A stretch of DNA of 64,000 nt. Source: Kudoa neothunni. Taxonomy: Eukaryota; Animalia; Cnidaria. Shown here piece after piece: positions 61,357 through 64,000 of the stretch. The stretch is taken from positions 9,451,245-9,515,244 of the forward strand of contig OZ199838.1 in NCBI GenBank assembly GCA_964304625.1. The letters are read 5' to 3'. A program made the translations under genes and the position numbers. The stretch's first letter is position 1; each line of letters begins with the position of its first letter. The notes under the pieces are model-generated. The model had not been told where the DNA came from. It did not search any database and saw only the letters and a list, made by a program, of their open reading frames with translations.

Positions 61357-64000
61357 ATGAATGACAATAAAGATAGTATGTATATTTTACCAGGTTTACT
61401 ACCTGGTGTACTGCATGAGACAAATAAATTGGTTCAAGATTGGTATGGACAATTGTGTGGATAAATCATCGTTGGTTTTATCCCATAATTAAATAAAAAT
61501 GGAGATTATTATTTTTGATTCAATGTAAAAATTTTAGGGGATCGAATGGATTGATTGGATATGGCTATCATTCGAAAGTTGTGATAATGGACCCAGCCAC
61601 CGTTCAAGTCGTTAAAACTATTGGATGTGCTCAACAACCCATTTCAGCTGTATACACACACAACATATAAGCTTAACATGGGATTAACTTTTGCAATTTT
61701 TATTTTAGTTGAAATGGGCACCAAAACCGATCAAATGTCAAAGTTCGTTATTATCATTGGCTGTGATCGCGTTCGGTGATAGTGCGGGAGAAATCTTTGT
61801 CTATGATGTGAGTAGTTCGTCTGTTATAGTCCGTATGAGTGATAAAAATTGCACGATTAATTCGATTCATTGGATAAAATTTGTCTCATCCAAAGATTAC
61901 AATCTACTAACATTGTCCGACCATCATAACCTTATGTTATGGGATTATATCACGGGAGCATTGATATGGAAACATAGATCTGTTGATCAGTTATCCTCCT
62001 TAAATCTCAACCCGAATGACAATTCAAAACTAACAGGTAATTTCTGCTAACTACAAAAATTTTAAAGTTTATTTATATATTTTTAACTGGTAGTTTTTTG
62101 CAATGATTGGATACAGGAATGGCAAGGATTGGGAATGGAAAAATTTGGTTGTATGGCTACCGATAAAATCTATCTCAGTTTCACCTACCCAAACAACAAG
62201 CCTCAATATCCTAAAGCCACACTGTCAACCAAGTAAGAATTTTATCGCCACTCTATCAATTTTTATTTAAATTCACATCAACAATCTAGACCCACCAATA
62301 CTCAAACAATGGGTGCACCTACTGTTGAAAATATTACTGACGCTGTCTACTTGACAACAGTCAGAAACTTTATGCTTCTAGTCACTACCACTCATATAGT
62401 TGTGGTCGACATGAAGTTTTATATGGTGGTATGCTGTGTTAGAATAGATAGTCGTACAATTCAAGTGATACCATATCGCACAAGAGATGCTCTTCTAGCG
62501 GTCACAGAGAAGGGTGTGATAAGTTGTTACGTAGGCAAAAAAAACTGTGAGCTACAACACCAACAGTGATCACACTGATTTCATTACGAATGCTTCCTCA
62601 GACTCGAACAATGACCTTTCATCCTCAATAATTTTGGAGACAAATAATGATTTAACTGTCAAACAAGCTGATTATAAAATGTGCCAATTGTTTGTTTCTA
62701 ACAACTGGAGATTGCCATCCTCAAAAAATTGTTACGGTGTAGTCATCGATCCTATAAACGAACTCGATATTGCAATGTTTGTGAGTGATGGTGCTATCGC
62801 TATCCAAACATTGAAGTATCGTGGAGTAGTCTCGACTAAACCTCCACCTCTAGGGTAAAATACATTAGGTTATTTCCACACCAATGTCAATTTAGATATT
62901 TTAACAATATTAATTCAATGCTAGCCAAGTCTAAGCACATTTATGACCAATCAAACACTTTAAAATCACCCTACTATTTGCTCACTGTGAGATTGTTTAA
63001 CCCATTGTGTCAACATCCTGTTTGTGTGGGAGTGTGCCCCATAATTAAATATCGCGCCAAGAGTATTTTTATGCCAGTGTGTGCCGTAGGTATATCTAAC
63101 TCTTCTCTGCGGTGGTTAAATTTTTTGTAGGATTTAAACATGGTGTTGTTCAAATAGTTGATCTTGTTCATTGCACATTGGTAAAGTCGATTTGGGCTAG
63201 CACCTGGACTATTAGGTGAGCAGATAGTTGCTTGTGGATTCGTTCATTGAATTTTATTCCAGGAAAATTGTCTGGGTAACAATGGAAACGATCATTATTT
63301 TAGCAAAGAATGAAAATGAAACTGTAGAGAAAACCGACCTGCGAATAGTAAATATCAATTCAGGTATTTACTTAATGTGGTCGTTTGTCCATTCATCGTC
63401 CAATCAAATAAATATAGGTCATATCACACGTATCCCAATCACCGTGCCAAATTCCGAAGCAATAATTACCAGTTTCAAAGTTTCTAATATGCGGTATATT
63501 TTCTGTTTTGTTGTTATTTTTAGTCAGTTTTTTATTGAATTAAAATATTAGAAAGTATATGTGCGTCGTATTTAAAAATTACCCATCACAATTTTGGTCG
63601 CTTGATCCCTTGACATTTTTACACAATGTGCCATCAAGTTTTTTAACAGAATGTGTACTTTTATATCTCCTAAAATGATCGATAAAATGTTCTAATCATT
63701 CGGATAGGAATGGTCCAGTGGTATTGTCAAACAATCTGAATCCAGGAAAATTTCTGGTTCGGCAAATAATGATGGCGTTGGAGATGAAAATGATAATATT
63801 ATTGTAATAATACATTAGAATAATGACATTTTTATCAGAATTTTAATTTATCATATATGTAAATTATCAGATAAGAGAACATCTTTTCTGTGCAGATGTT
63901 GATGGTATGGTACGACACTTTATGATGGATAAAGATGTTCCCACTGAACAGTCAAAAATGGCGCTTGATGTAATTATTTGTTTTTATAAGTCTTCTTATA
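61357..64000 (+). CDS. WDR11: WD repeat-containing protein 11, 5' part, multi-exon, continues past window
   Basis: LPGVLHETNKLVQDW|GSNGLIGYGYHSKVVIMD..|LKWA..IAFGDSAGEIFVYDV..IHW..LMLWDYITGALIWK..LNLNPNDNSKLT parallels the WDR11 N-terminus (LTGALNAHNKAAVDWGWQGLIAYGCHS..). Confidence 0.85.

Noticed and set aside
62536-62601. Apparent frameshift or slippery A8 run between WDR11 ORFs 62309-62569 and 62547-62858
   Set aside because: A canonical 55-nt intron GTGAG..CTTCCTCAG (62547-62601) joins the two frames (AAC T|AC TCG), so no recoding is needed.
1-64000. CRISPR arrays, Fanzor/TnpB, rRNA, intact tRNA or an alternative genetic code
   Set aside because: No regularly spaced repeats or RuvC-like ORFs were seen. 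The tRNA-like segments are SINE heads. Conserved genes translate cleanly with the standard code and GT-AG introns.

Overview
Strongly AT-rich eukaryotic (animal) genomic DNA, not prokaryotic. Host genes have mostly very short GT-AG introns (about 35-70 nt) and highly diverged proteins, and are separated by dense, nested transposon debris. This is compatible with a fast-evolving parasitic metazoan such as a myxozoan cnidarian (inference only). Host genes I can reconstruct by hand: SART1/Snu66 (3' part, +), an ASPP-family ankyrin+SH3 PP1 regulator (-), TBCE (-), cyclin B (-), SRPRB (-; split into small exons and not obvious in the ORF track), two tandem thioredoxins (+), MLH1 (-) and WDR11 (5' part, +). 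Mobile DNA with visible TIRs and/or TSDs: IS630/Tc1-like DD34E, pogo/Tigger, piggyBac, Mutator (MULE), Buster-type and TAGGG-type hAT elements, many MITEs, a solo LTR and a tRNA-headed SINE family; a Merlin fragment is recognised from its ORF motif only. Several insertions are nested, and in some cases the empty site is present elsewhere in the window. I see no CRISPR array, rRNA, intact tRNA or clearly new multi-gene system. The best leads are an SR-beta GTPase with degenerate G3/G4/G5 motifs, a divergent ASPP, a modular SINE family, and two small unexplained spliced-looking units.
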